From NCBI GenBank assembly GCA_964016885.1, contig OZ024751.1, positions 1,054,001 to 1,118,000 of the forward strand: DNA of 64,000 nucleotides, in the 5' to 3' direction. The stretch's first letter is position 1; each line of letters opens with the position of its first letter. Below, in pieces: positions 43,509-55,052 of this stretch. The translations under genes and the position numbers were made by a program. Origin of the DNA: Eledone cirrhosa (lineage: Eukaryota). The notes under the pieces are model-generated. The model saw nothing but the letters and a program-made list of their open reading frames with translations. It did no database searches and had not been told where the DNA came from.

Positions 43509-46039
43509 GAGGCTATGAGTTTGGTACTAGAAATGAGGAAGGCTCCAGAATCCTGGAATTCTGTGACGCAAATAACCTAACTATCTGTAACACTAACTTA
43601 AAAAAACCGAGACAATCACTTGATCACCTATAGATCAGGGGAACACGCCAGTCAGATAGATTATATCCTTACCAGAAGATGTGATAGAGTGTCTGTTGTA
43701 AACACTAAATCCCTCCCCCATGAAGAATGCACCTCCCAACATAGACTCATAGTCAGCGACCTCATAGTCAGGACAAGACGTACTCGACAACAGAGGAGGA
43801 CTATCCTCAGGAGAAAAATATGGAAGCTAAAGGACCCCACAGCCAGTAATAAATTTAAAAGCATATTACTTGATGCTTTTGACAGTAAGGAAGAGCAATT
43901 AGAGTCGTACAATATAGAGGAACAGTGGGAATTCCTCAAAGCTAACCTGCTGAAGGTGGCAGATGAAGTCTGTGGTTGGAGCAGGCCTATAGGCAGGAGG
44001 AGAGTAACGTGGTGGTGGAACAGTAAGGTGGAGGAGTCAATTAAGGCCAAAAAGCAGGCTTGGAAAGTATGGCGGGATGGGGGAAGTAGAGAAGACTATC
44101 AAGTGGCCAGGGGGGAAGCTAGGAGACAAGTGTACTTCGCAAGAAGGGAAGCAGAGGAAAGAAAGTTCAAGCATGTTCTACAACGCGAGGACCAAAAACG
44201 TGGCAATGTGTCAAGGAAAACCGTGATATTGTCGGGGAGAAGTGTGTCCTTAATGATGATGGTGTACTTGCCATCACTGATGCTGATAGCTTGGAAGTGT
44301 CACTACGAAAGGCTACTAAATGAGGAGAATAAATGGGAGAAAGACAGTCTCCCCCACATCAATCCAATAGAGGGACCAGCAGTGCTAGTTGAAGGTAGTA
44401 TAATAAGTAAGGCAATCAAAGATATGAAGACAGGTAAGGCGGCTGGCCCTTCGGAAGTATTTGCTGAAATGCTGAAAGCATCTGGAATGATGGGACACAC
44501 TATGGTCACCCGGATAGTAAACCAAGTCATACAGAATGGAGCCATTCCGAAGGACTGGCGTAGCAGCATCATCATTAACTGCTACAAGGGTAAAGGAGAT
44601 GCCCTAGATAGGGGTAACTATAGAGGCATTAAATTAATTGACCAGATCATGAAGGTCACAGAAAAAGTAATAGCGCAACTAATCAGAGAACGAATTGATC
44701 TCGATGAAATGCAGTTCTGGTTTGTGTCAGGTAAAAGTACCACAGATGCTCTTTTCATTGTACGACAACTACAGGAGAAGTACCTAGCTAAAAGTTAACT
44801 TGTCTAAGACTAAAGTTCTAGTTTGTAGGAAGGAAAATAAGGCACCGGTCCCATCTGGGAAATGGCCATGCTCAGTGTGTAGGAAACGAGTAGGCAGAAA
44901 CTCCATTTTATGTCTCAAATGCAAAGTATGGGTGCATAAATGATGTAGTGGGATCACAGGTAAGCTAACTAAGAATATAGATTTTATATGTGGTCGGTGC
45001 TCTGGTGCAATAAGTAGCAGCAAGTGCCCACAGAATACTAGCTCATTCCATTGCACAGATGGTTCTATAGAAATAGTGGACACCTTCCGTTACCTGGGTG
45101 AGAAAATCAGCAGTGGGGGAGGGTGCTCTGAAAGTACAGTAGCTAGAGTCAGAACGGGATGGAAAAAGTTCAGAGAGCTTATACCACTATTGGCCGCTAA
45201 AGGGTTCTCTCTAAAAATGAAAGGCAGGCTGTATGATGCCTGCACACGAACAGCAATGTTACATGGCAGTGAGACCTGGGCATTGTGTGCAGAGGATATA
45301 CGCAGACTGGAGAGGAACGAAGCTTGCATGCTCCGCTGGATGTGTAATAGTAATATACGCGAACGGCAAAACATAAACGAACTAAGGGAGAAATTAGGAA
45401 TAAGAGGGATCAGATGTTGTTTACTAGAGAGAAGACTACATTGGTACGGTCACGTGATGCGCATGAAATACGACAGCTGTATAAAAAAGTGCAGGGCGAT
45501 AAAAATAGATGGTAGCCACGGACTAGGTAGACCCAGAAAAACCTGGGACGACTTGATAAATTCCGACCTCACACACTTACACCTCTCCAAGAAAATGTCA
45601 CTGGACCGAGATCTTTGGCACTACACAGTAATAGAGAAGACCCGCCTTGCCTAAGTACAAAGCGAAACATACAGTCAGTAGGCACCTCTAACAAAAATAC
45701 ACCCCCGTCCTACTACCTCCACCCCATCCACACCACCCCCTTCAATGTGAAGTTATGTTGGTACCACAACATCAAGTCCGAAACAAATGAGGTCGTGTAG
45801 GTGTCACAACAAAACAACACACAGTCCACGCTGTAGTGTGGCCGTGTAGGTAACACGGTAAAAACCTCCCAGTCCACACTGTAAACGTGGTTGGTGTTAG
45901 GAAGGGCATCCAGCTGTAGAAAATCCGCCAGACAGTCCTATACGAGCAGGACAACCAAATCTTGCCTCAAGTGGGAAAACTCCCGTCCAAACCTATGCAA
46001 GCGTGGAAGATGGACGTTAAATGATGATGATGATGATGA

Positions 46040-46043
<4 letters not shown>
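43509..46043 (+). mobile_element. RTE-clade LINE, 5'-truncated and decayed (endonuclease C-terminus, RT with internal deletion, PHD insert, 3' UTR, (ATG)n tail)
   Basis: SQIDYIL, SQHRLI, GKAAGP, YKGKGDALDRGNYRGIKL, FRYLG, LHGSETW and GRPRKTW motifs; frameshifts and stops; ends GGACGTTAA(ATG)n; (TA)n on both sides. Confidence 0.95.
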
Positions 46044-46092
<49 letters not shown>

Positions 46093-46154
46093 CATATTAT
46101 TAAGGATACTATTTAGAGTTATGCATATGTTAAACTATAAACAGGGAAGGTCAG

Positions 46155-46248
46155 TAATTTATTACTACCTTATTACCAGTAAGATAAATAGCTCAATGTT
46201 ATTACATTCAGCTATTTATCTTACTGGTAATAAGGTAGTAATAAATTA
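46155..46248. repeat. Perfect 39-bp-arm inverted repeat (fold-back, MITE-like)
   Basis: TAATTTATTACTACCTTATTACCAGTAAGATAAATAGCT (46155-46193) is the reverse complement of 46210-46248. Confidence 0.9.
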
Positions 46249-46249
<1 letters not shown>

Positions 46250-46281
<32 letters not shown>

Positions 46282-46315
46282 GTTTAACGTCCATCTTCCA
46301 CGCTTGCATGGGTTT
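46250..46315 (-). mobile_element. RTE 3'-terminal stub
   Basis: (CAT)n CGTTTAACGTCCATCTTCCACGCTTGCATGGGTTTG matches the 3' end of the RTE at 45988-46043. Similar stubs at 46497-46554, ~48407-48452 and ~50445-50725. Confidence 0.85.
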
Positions 46316-46418
46316 GTTCTACAGAGCAGTTATATACATACATATATATATATAGTGGTAGAACACTGGAAGGTAATATCCGTAGTGGTAGAGCACTCAG
46401 TCCATGGGACGAGTTAGG

Positions 46419-46481
46419 TAGAAGTTGTTACACAACAATTGTTCACGGTATGATGAACTAACTGTTGTGTAACCACTTCTA
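46419..46481. repeat. Imperfect inverted repeat / hairpin
   Basis: TAGAAGTTGTTACACAACA pairs with TGTTGTGTAACCACTTCTA (one mismatch), with an inner GTTCA/TGAAC stem. Confidence 0.75.
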
Positions 46482-46572
46482 TATATATATATATATCATC
46501 ATCATCATCATCATCATCTTCGTTTAACGTCCATCTTCCATGCTAGCATGGGTTATATAATATAATATTAAT

Positions 46573-46738
46573 TGTTTCTACTTTTGGCACAAGGCCAGTA
46601 ATTATCCCAGTGTATTACTGGCACTTTATTTTATCGACCCCGCAAATTTAACCTCGCCGGGATTTGAACTCAGTCCGTAAAGGGACGTAACTATGCTGGA
46701 AAGCATGGCGTCTGACCCTCTACCAATACTGCCAATCC
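46573..46738 (-). mobile_element. tRNA-derived Meta-domain-like SINE
   Basis: Reverse complement of the 51618-51801 element; flanked by 14-bp direct repeat AATATAATATTAAT (TSD). Confidence 0.85.
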
Positions 46739-46823
46739 AATATAATATTAATGAGAATAAATTTTATTCGTTTACTAGGTATTTTTAGCTCTATGCAATG
46801 ATAGGATCATTCAGGGCCGTTAA

Positions 46824-47365
46824 ATGAATAATAACTCACAGCTATTGAATACATCCAACCTAAATAACATATCAAATAGTAATACTAATAACCTAATGCC
46901 TATCAATATGAATAACATACTAATTACATCTAACTCTTTAAATAATTTGAACACCTGCAACAACAGTAATATTCCAATTAATAGTAATATCCTAAGAACT
47001 AATATCCCCCACATTTATTCTATTATTTATACAAACTGTAACTGTAGAAATAGGACACTATGCTCACTTAGCAGTAATTATTTAACTGTAAATATAGTAT
47101 ATGGTTGTACAGTTAACACTTCTAGACATTGTAAACTTTACATAGGAGCTACGTCAAATAGTTTCAAAACAAGATTTAATTCCCATCTTCATACTTTTAA
47201 AACACCTAAATTAAAACATATGACACCATTAGTTAGTTTCATCTGGGAATTAAAAAATAAGAACAAACCATATACAGTGAATATTAGGTAGATCCTCTGC
47301 ATATAAACCTAACTATAGAACATGTAGACTATGCCTCCTTGAGTCTCAATTAATTATTAATCCCA
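46824..47365 (+). mobile_element. Penelope-like element fragment (GIY-YIG endonuclease region), decayed
   Basis: CNCRNRTLCSL..NIVY..LYIG..FKTRF..H..FIWELK, followed out of frame by CRLCLLE. Confidence 0.85.
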
Positions 47366-47886
47366 AAGCTAGTTAAAAATATAGATATGGTTATAGTTTC
47401 TCAGAGTTCTTTTGTCACACAACTGGGAAATCATCAGTGATGTTATTATGTTTTCTCCCATTGTATTACTGTAATGTTTTCTTATTCCAAGGCTAGTATT
47501 TTAACTCTTCATAAAAACCTACAATCATTTAAATATTATAAACCCAACAATGTCAATTAACAGCCTTTACTTTATATAGCACTTTACCTGATACTGAATC
47601 CTTGTTAATGTTAAATAGAGTATATAATATATTGGTTTAATTATTATACTATACTATTTAACTTCTTAATTTGACCTTACTAATAATGAATACTTAACAT
47701 ATAATTGATAGGGACCCTAAATTCTATTGGTGCCTTTATTTTGATAACTTCAGAGAGTATAGCAGATAGAAGCTTAGTAAATAAATTCAAATATGTTCAT
47801 ACGGTTAACATATCATTTATCCTAATATTAAATACATAGTATTAGAATAATGTTTAGATAGACTCCCACATGTATATACTATAAAA

Positions 47887-48132
47887 TGTAATGATACAGA
47901 ACTAATAAGTTATCAACTAATATAAAAGCCATGTGTATTTGTCCATCACATACTATAAATGACTGAGGAAGGAAGAAGTGATTAAGTCGACTGAGGAAGG
48001 AAGTGGTGATAACCTCGACTGAGGAAGGAAGGAAAGGATATGTTTGTGTGTTAGTATCACTTGTGTGAGTGAGCACAAAGGAACCACTAACCAACAAACA
48101 TCTCTTTTTTTATAATATGTATAGATATTACA
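47887..48132 (-). mobile_element. Weak candidate solo LTR containing a 28-bp tandem triplication
   Basis: Termini TGTAAT...ATTACA; GACTGAGGAAGGAAG recurs at 47961, 47989 and 48017; no TSD seen. Confidence 0.25.
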
Positions 48133-48568
48133 ATTAGCTGTCATATTTGACAGCATGGGGCCAGCTAGTATTATTATAATTCACTAATTTTCTTAAATAT
48201 ACCACACACTTATATATATTGGCCATATATATAATACCCCTTAAATAAGTGTAAATGTTTAACAAATATTAATTCAAATATATGTACCCAGCAATCATAT
48301 TCAGATAATTAATTGTCTACTTTGTAAATCTAACACCAGGTTAACTCATTAAATTACCCCCTTTAACTTCTAAAATAATATTCTGAAACACGCAATTATT
48401 TGTTTATCATCCTCGTTTAACGTCCACTTTCCACGCTAGCATGGGTTAGACATTATATTAATGCTGAATTACACTTCTTGCATATAATTAAATATTATTG
48501 ATTATTTAATAATGAATATATAGAACATATAGAACATACCTGCAGCAACTGAAGCATTAAAATATATA

Positions 48569-49512
48569 TCATCATCATCATCATCACCATTTAATGTCCA
48601 GTTTTCCATGCTGGCATGGGTTAGACAAGTTATCCTATTGTGAGCAATGCCAAGTCAGGTGACCATGTCTTGCTCATACAGAACTGATTTTGGCTTGGTT
48701 TCTACAGCTGGATGCCCTTCCTAGTGCCAACCTCATTTACAGTGAGTGCTGGGTGCTTTTTGTTATGACACCTACACGACCACTTTACAGTGTTGGGTTG
48801 GTGTGTTTTGTTGTGTTGCCATCAAGACCACTTTACAGTATGGTCCGGAGGCTTCATTGGATGAATACTTCAGCTTGTCCTTATGGGAGATGTATGGGAG
48901 TGGGTGGGGTGGGGGGTGCATAATATGCTTCAGCTTTGGCCTGTGCCCACGGGAAGTCGGGTCTTCTATATAATTGCATAATGCCAGAGATCTCGGTCCT
49001 ATGTCATCGCCTTTGAGAGGTGCAATTGGGCAAGGTCAGCTTTTATCACCCGTCCCAAGTCTTCCTGGGTCTCCCCATTCCATTGAGCACTGTGCACCTT
49101 TTTATACAGCTGCCATCCTTCATAAGCATTACATGTCCATACCAATGCAATCTCCTCTCCTGTACATTGCATCTGATCTCTCTTATGCCTAGTTTCTCTC
49201 TCAGTTCGTTTATGCTTCGTTGTTGTCATTTATTATTATTACACATCCATCTGAACATGCAAGCTTCATTTCTTTTCCAATCTACACAAGACTTCTGCCC
49301 ACTGCCCAGGTCTCACTACCATGCAACATTGCTGTTTGTATACATGCATCATACAGTCTGCCTTTCATTTTGAGGGAAAAACCTTTTGTAGCTAGCAATG
49401 ATAGTAGCTCCCTGAACTTCTTCTATCCCATTCTTACTCTGGCTATTGTACTTTCAGAACACCCACCTCTGCTGCTAATTTGGTCCCCCAGCAGAAGCTG
49501 TCTACTGTTTCT
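48569..49512 (-). mobile_element. RTE LINE 3' fragment, older and diverged
   Basis: Homologous to the C-terminal ORF region (GGCSESTIARVR, LHGSETW) plus 3' UTR and (CAT)n tail. Confidence 0.9.
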
Positions 49513-50044
49513 TCCGAGCCTTCCCACAATTTATATATATTCACTGCGTAGAATTGTACAATTTCATGATTCGTAGTATAATGTTAGGTCTGTAGCAAAT
49601 ATTTTTTAACCTTCATATAACCGTTGGATTGCTTCAGATAACTATGAATATTGCTTTGTTAAAACATTATAAATTCAAATTCATTCTAGGAAAACTTTTA
49701 ATACAAATGACACCATTTTTTAAACTATAAATTCCAATTCATTCTAAGAAACGCAACTGACATTACACTTTTCTGATGACGTTGCTTTTTAACTATATAT
49801 ATATATATAACAAAGGAATTGTGGTAAGGAACCAGATGGACCATAACGCACCAGAGTACTCAATACTTAGGGTAGTAGAGTGGGAAATAGGAAAAAGTAT
49901 GACCCCGACGGCAGAGCTGAAGCCGTTTCGACAGCTATTTCTGGACTAGTCCAGAAATAGCCTTCGAAATAGCTTTTCCCTATATATATATATATATATA
50001 TATATATTCTGGTCTATTTTTTCCTGAGTGAATTGTATTAGTAT

Positions 50045-50158
50045 TTTAATTAAACTCTGATGACACCAATGGTATATACTCACTAATGGCGAATTGTTAA
50101 ATAAAATGATTTGCTATATGTAGCATAACCTGGGTAGAAACAATTGTCAGTTATTAAA
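50045..50158 (+). ncRNA. Type I hammerhead ribozyme with extended (73-nt) helix II domain
   Basis: TTTAAT(TA)AACT-CTGATGA(50057-50063)...GAAA(50137-50140)-CAATT-GTC^-AGTTATTAAA. Helix I AACT/AGTT plus TTTAAT/ATTAAA; palindromic helix III ACAATTGT. Confidence 0.65.
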
Positions 50159-50480
50159 TGCCTTAAACTCTTAAATTTTTTGGTTTGTAAACAAATTGTA
50201 ATTATATATATATTTGACAGAGTGTCCAATGCCATAATCTGGTGGGCTCTTAGACAACTAGTCTATATATTCCATTCCTATATCACACTTGGCACTAAAG
50301 CGACCACTTTTCAGTGTGGGCTGGGCGCTTTTTGTCGTGGCTCCAAGATGACCACTTTACAGTGTAGACCGAGCGCCTTTTGTCGCAGTACCAAAAAGGG
50401 CACTTTACAGAGTGGGCTGGAAGCTTATATATATATATATATATGTCTAAACCCATGCTAGCATGGAAGATAGACGTTAA

Positions 50481-50700
50481 CCCTTTAGCATTTACATTAC
50501 TCTATATATACTATTATATTTTCATGGTAAAGGCTTTACCTCACATAATTATCTCACATAATATCGAATCTATGAGATTTTGAAAGTATTTATTTTGAGA
50601 ACAATACCTTAACATCAGTTTGAGCGACCAGTTACAGCCAGTTTCAACAGAAAGAGATAGAGAATTCTGGCTGGTTTTGGCCGGTTTGAACATTAAAGGA
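50481..50700. mobile_element. piggyBac-type non-autonomous DNA transposon (MITE)
   Basis: TTAA-CCCTTTAGCATTTA...TGAACATTAAAGGA-TTAA. Inserted into the TTAA of an RTE tail (GACG-TTAA-ACGATG), which is cleanly duplicated. Confidence 0.85.
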
Positions 50701-50862
50701 TTAAACGATGATGATGATGATGATGACACGTTTCCATCTACCAAACACCATTCACAAAGCAACAGTCAACACAGCGGGACTAAACCCCAAACCACAAGGC
50801 TTTGAAGTAAACACTTTAACCACACAGTCCTGGTAGCACAAAAGATAGTAATGTTTTTAAGT

Positions 50863-51192
50863 GAAGGTGCATGACCTTGTGGTTAGGTGTTGGACTTGTG
50901 ATCATAATGTCACAGGTTCAATTCCTGGACTGAGTTGTCTATTGTGTTCTTGAGCAAAACACTTCATTTCATATTGCTTCAGCATAACCTGCAGAAAATG
51001 AGTACCAGCAATAGCTGGGAGTTTAACCCTGTGATGGACTGGCATCCTGTCCAATAGGGGAGTCTTCTACTTTCAGTCACTTATCATCATCATGATCATC
51101 ATCATCATCATCATCCACTTTTCCTTGCTTAATGCCAAGGAAACTGGGATAAGCACCAGTCTAATGAGCCTCCAGGCTTGAGACAGACTTTT
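50863..51192 (+). mobile_element. tRNA-derived SINE with CORE-like and V-domain-like segments
   Basis: A/B-box-like head (GGTTCAATTCC), TTCTTGAGCAAAACACTT, CCCTGTGATGGACTGGCATCCTGTCCA; interrupted by a (CAT)n stub near 51085-51130. Confidence 0.7.
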
Positions 51193-51617
51193 AAATTTAG
51201 AATATATCTAACATTGTAATTCCTTAAGACAGTGGCTATAACAGCCTCTATATCTTCCACCATTACTACAATTGTTTCTGCACTTCAGAGTTGGCTCATC
51301 ACAATCACTCATCTCTCTCTCTCCTCCTATCATCACACATGTTGTGTTCAACTCTCTCCCCCATGCCTTGCCCTAATCAAAATATTCTACCCTACTCAGA
51401 ACTTAGGCCCTCTTTAAGGAACTTCCCCTCTATCTATGTCTTTTTCCAAAAGACTTGATCTGCAACAGTAAGTGGAACATTAATAGCCTAAATCTCTGTT
51501 GAATTGTGGAAGGCCATGGACACTGACCAGTTTTCCAGACATATCAAATAAAAGTTAAATAACTTCTTTATCAGATGATATCACACCAGATCACAATATA
51601 TTATATTACACAACACC

Positions 51618-51801
51618 GGCGGTGGATTGGCAGTATCGGTAGAGGGTCGGACGCCATGCTTTCCAGCATAGTTACGTCCCGTTATGATCTGAGTTCAAAT
51701 CCTGCCGAGGTTGACTTTGCCTTTCATCCTTACGGGGTCGATATAATAAAGTACCAGTAATGCACTGGGTAATTGCTGGCCTTGTGCCTAAAGTAGAAAC
51801 A
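51618..51801 (+). mobile_element. tRNA-derived Meta-domain-like SINE
   Basis: B box GAGTTCAAATCC, core CCTTTCATCCTTACGGGGTCGAT..AAAGTACCAG, 18-bp TSD ATTATATTACACAACACC. Confidence 0.88.
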
Positions 51802-51957
51802 ATTATATTACACAACACCACAGCACACTATATTATATTATATTACATAATATCACACCAGATCGCAACATAATAAATTACATCATATCATATTATATTA
51901 TATTATACACTATCATACCACATCACAATGCAATATATTATATTACATGATATTATG

Positions 51958-52064
51958 TCAAATCCCGCCGAGGTTGACTTTGCCTTTCATCCTTACGGGG
52001 TCGATAAAATAAAATACCAGTAATGCACTGGGTAATTGCTGGCCTTGTTCCTAAAGTAGAGACA
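51958..52064 (+). mobile_element. 5'-truncated copy of the same SINE
   Basis: Matches 51697-51801; flanked by ATTATGTCA direct repeat. Confidence 0.82.
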
Positions 52065-52431
52065 ATTATGTCATATCACAATATATATTATATTACATTG
52101 CATAATTACATGCTATAGCCCATTCTATCATATTATATTACATTTCATCACATCACATAATAGCATATCATATTACTGTATATTACACATCATTATACCA
52201 CACAACACCATATCATATATTGAAAGGTAAATTGTAAAGACTCCCGTCGGTCATGAATGACCTAGAAAGTTCTCTTCCAAGGCACAAGCCTGGGAAAGGT
52301 TTTTTGTGGAAGACCAGCAGTCACCCATGCATACCAATTTCCTCTTTCCATGCCACTTACATTGTCTAAGGGAAAGGAAAAAGTTGATATAGCCTTGCAC
52401 CAGTGATGTCACAACTATATACACTGTATAT

Positions 52432-53882
52432 CATCATCATCATCATCATTTTACGTCCGCTTTTCCCTGCTTGCCACGGTCCTTCGTCATCTCCACCATG
52501 TTTTTCGTGGTCTACCACTACTACGTCTTCCTTCAACTGGCATTTCCTGGTACTTCTTCACCCATCGGTCATCCTGCATGTGCATCACATGTCCATACCA
52601 CTTCAGTCTCCTCTCTCGCACACTACATTCTATCCCTCTCAGACACAGTTTCTCTCTCAACACATCCATGCTGGGTCGTTCACGCACATTGACACTGCAC
52701 ATCCAACGGGGCATGCTTGCCTCATTTCTCTCCAGCCGTTGCATATCCTCTGCAGTTGCTGCCCATGTCTCACTACCATGCATCGCGCTCCTCACACAGG
52801 CATCATATAACCGGCCTTTCGTAGGCAGGCAGAAACCCTTCTTCATCAGCAGAGGAAGCAGCTCCCTAAACTTCTTCCAACCCGTCCTTATTCTAGATAC
52901 TATGGCCTCGGAACACCCCCCTCCCATGCTAATCTGATCTCCTAGGTACCGGAAGCTATCCACCACTTCTATAGCACCCGCCTTCATTTGAAAAATGTGT
53001 CTATCAATGCGACTTCTACTGTCTAATTTCCCTGTACATTTACTGCATTCATATTTCTCCCTACCTGTTAGTTTGCCTGTTATCCCACTACATCTCTTGT
53101 GTACCCAGGATCTGCATTGTGTGCATTTAATAGAATTTATGCCAGTTCCTTTTCTGCATATCGAACATGGCCATTTCCCTGACGGAATCAGAGTTTTGTC
53201 CTCTTTTCAACTCAACACTTTTGTCTTAGCTAGGTTCACTCTCACTCCTCTTACTTCCAACTGCTGTTTCCATAGTCAGAATTTATTCTCTAGCTCCTCT
53301 ACTGATTCTGCTATAAGAACCAGATCGTCAGCATAGAGAAGTTCCCATGGGTATCCAGTCTTAAACTTCTCTGTTATAGCATGGAGGACTATAATGAACA
53401 AGAGCGGGCTGAGGACCGAACCTTGATGTACTCCTACTTGTATCTGGAATTCCTCACTAAACTCCATACCTACCCTGACTTTACTGACAGTACCTCTGTA
53501 CAAAGTTTGCACTGTCCTCACAAGCCATTCTTCAACACCTAGTTTCCTTAGGGACCACCAGATGACAGATCAGGGTACCCTATCAAAGGCCTTCTCTAGG
53601 TCAACAAAGGCTAAGTATAGTGGCTTATTTTTCTCTAAGAACCTCTCTTGTAATTGTCTCACCAAGAAGAGGGCATCTGTTGTACTCTTCCCAGGCACAA
53701 AACCAAACTGCATCTCATCTAGTTTGACCCTTTCTCTAATTAGTTGTGCTAATATCCTTTCTGCCACTTTCATAACCTGATCCATCAGTTTTATACCCCT
53801 ATAATTGCTCCTCCCCAGAGCATCCCCTTTGTAGCAATTTATGAGAATACTGCTGCACCAGTCTTTGAGTATGACACCACCA
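52432..53882 (-). mobile_element. RTE LINE, second subfamily, 5'-truncated and decayed
   Basis: QFGFVPGKSTTDA, FVDLEKAFDRVP, GVHQGSVLSPLLF, LLYADD, PHD insert and FRYLG; most of the 3' UTR deleted; tail GGACGTAAA(ATG)n. Confidence 0.95.
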
Positions 53883-54044
53883 TATATATATATACAGTAT
53901 TTTCCGTTGTGTTGTAATATAAATATTACACACAGTAGATTATCAGCTCACGTAGAGTTTGCTCGACGGTTCCAGTTGTAGTTCCAAAAGTAATCCGGAG
54001 AAAAATAGAAAGATTTGAATAGATACAGTTTAGTTGAAAGGAAT

Positions 54045-54164
54045 TTATTGACACGTGTTTCTATAACAGTTACATAACCTAAAACAGCTGCTATCTACAA
54101 ACTTTTAGTTATGCAGACATTCAATATTTCAATGTTATTATTTACTGTCATTTCATCAGAATAA
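54045..54164 (-). ncRNA. Type I hammerhead ribozyme with extended (91-nt) branched helix II domain
   Basis: Minus strand reads TTATT-CTGATGA-A-ATGACAGT...ACTGTTAT-A-GAAA-CACGT-GTC^-AATAA: helix I 5 bp, helix II 8 bp, palindromic helix III ACACGTGT. Confidence 0.8.
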
Positions 54165-54642
54165 TATTACTGAGGACCTATTTAGTTTTTATAGAGAATA
54201 TTAGGAGGGAGGGGTGAAGTTGTTAGAAGAATAGTTGAAGGAGTGGTTTTTCGATAGCAGTGAGAATTCTTGGTGGCAGTGAGTAATTAGATTCCCATCT
54301 GTTGTTTTGACATTTTTTATAGAATATATTATTGGTTATTTTTCTAAATTTATAGAAGGATTAGAGATAGTAAAGATATGCGTGGTTGGTTTTGTGTTTG
54401 CACTTAATTAACATTCAGACTTAAATTATTCTTTCAAGTGTACGTATCCTTTCACCCACGCATTCACACACAAATATATTTGCACACCTCTACAAAATAC
54501 ATATACTCACAATTCACATATTCATACTTACATATATATACACATGCATACACATATATATACACACATGTATTCATGTACATACATACGCGCTCATGTG
54601 TATACATTTTCATACTCAACTTATCTTTATATACATATATAT

Positions 54643-54934
54643 GGAGGCACATGGCTTAGTGGTTAGAGCATTGGCCTTGCATGTTTCCTTGAGAAAGACA
54701 CTTTATTTCACATTGCTCCAGTTTACTCAGCTGTAGAAATGAGATGATAGGGACTGGGGTCCATATCATTCCACTTCAAAGTGGTCATGCCACGGCAAAA
54801 AAAGCACCCAGCACTCACTGTAAATGGAGTTGGTGTTAGGAAGGGCACCCAGCTGTAGAAATCATGCCAGAATCAGTTCCCGTCTCACCCTTGCAAGCAG
54901 GGAAAAGCGGACGTAAAATGATGATGATGATGAT
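54643..54934 (+). mobile_element. SINE (tRNA head, CORE-like, Ceph-domain-like, RTE-derived tail)
   Basis: A box TGGCTTAGTGG (B box deleted); GTTGGTGTTAGGAAGGGCACCCAGCTGTAGAAA shared with the RTE 3' UTR; tail identical in type to the 52432 RTE. Confidence 0.85.
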
Positions 54935-55052
54935 ATACTACCAAAATTAGATTAAAGATGACATGTCTGAGAATATCAGAAGCATGCGCCATACCCACTG
55001 TGGAATAAGTAGTAAATCCGAGCATTTATATTAAATTAAAAGTTGAATGATA

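Noticed and set aside
43661-45374. Antisense ORFs over RTE copies (also 52403-53780, 58254-59610, 61196-62710)
   Set aside because: Shadow frames of the RTE coding strand with no independent protein signature.
47380-47445. Minus-strand CTGATGA...GAAA motif
   Set aside because: Helix II is mismatched and no helix I, helix III or cleavage triplet could be built.
51618-51715. Possible tRNA genes at SINE heads (also 50863, 54643, 55320-55377)
   Set aside because: Only A/B boxes remain, no full cloverleaf, and each continues into SINE body and tail.
54105-54164. Alternative compact hammerhead using GAAA at 54127-54130
   Set aside because: Helix I does not pair in that register; the longer fold to 54045 gives a perfect helix I and an 8-bp helix II.
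54438-54659. ORFs rich in Y/I/H/T (also 57117-57488, 62968-63235)
   Set aside because: Translations of TA/CA microsatellite or minisatellite sequence.
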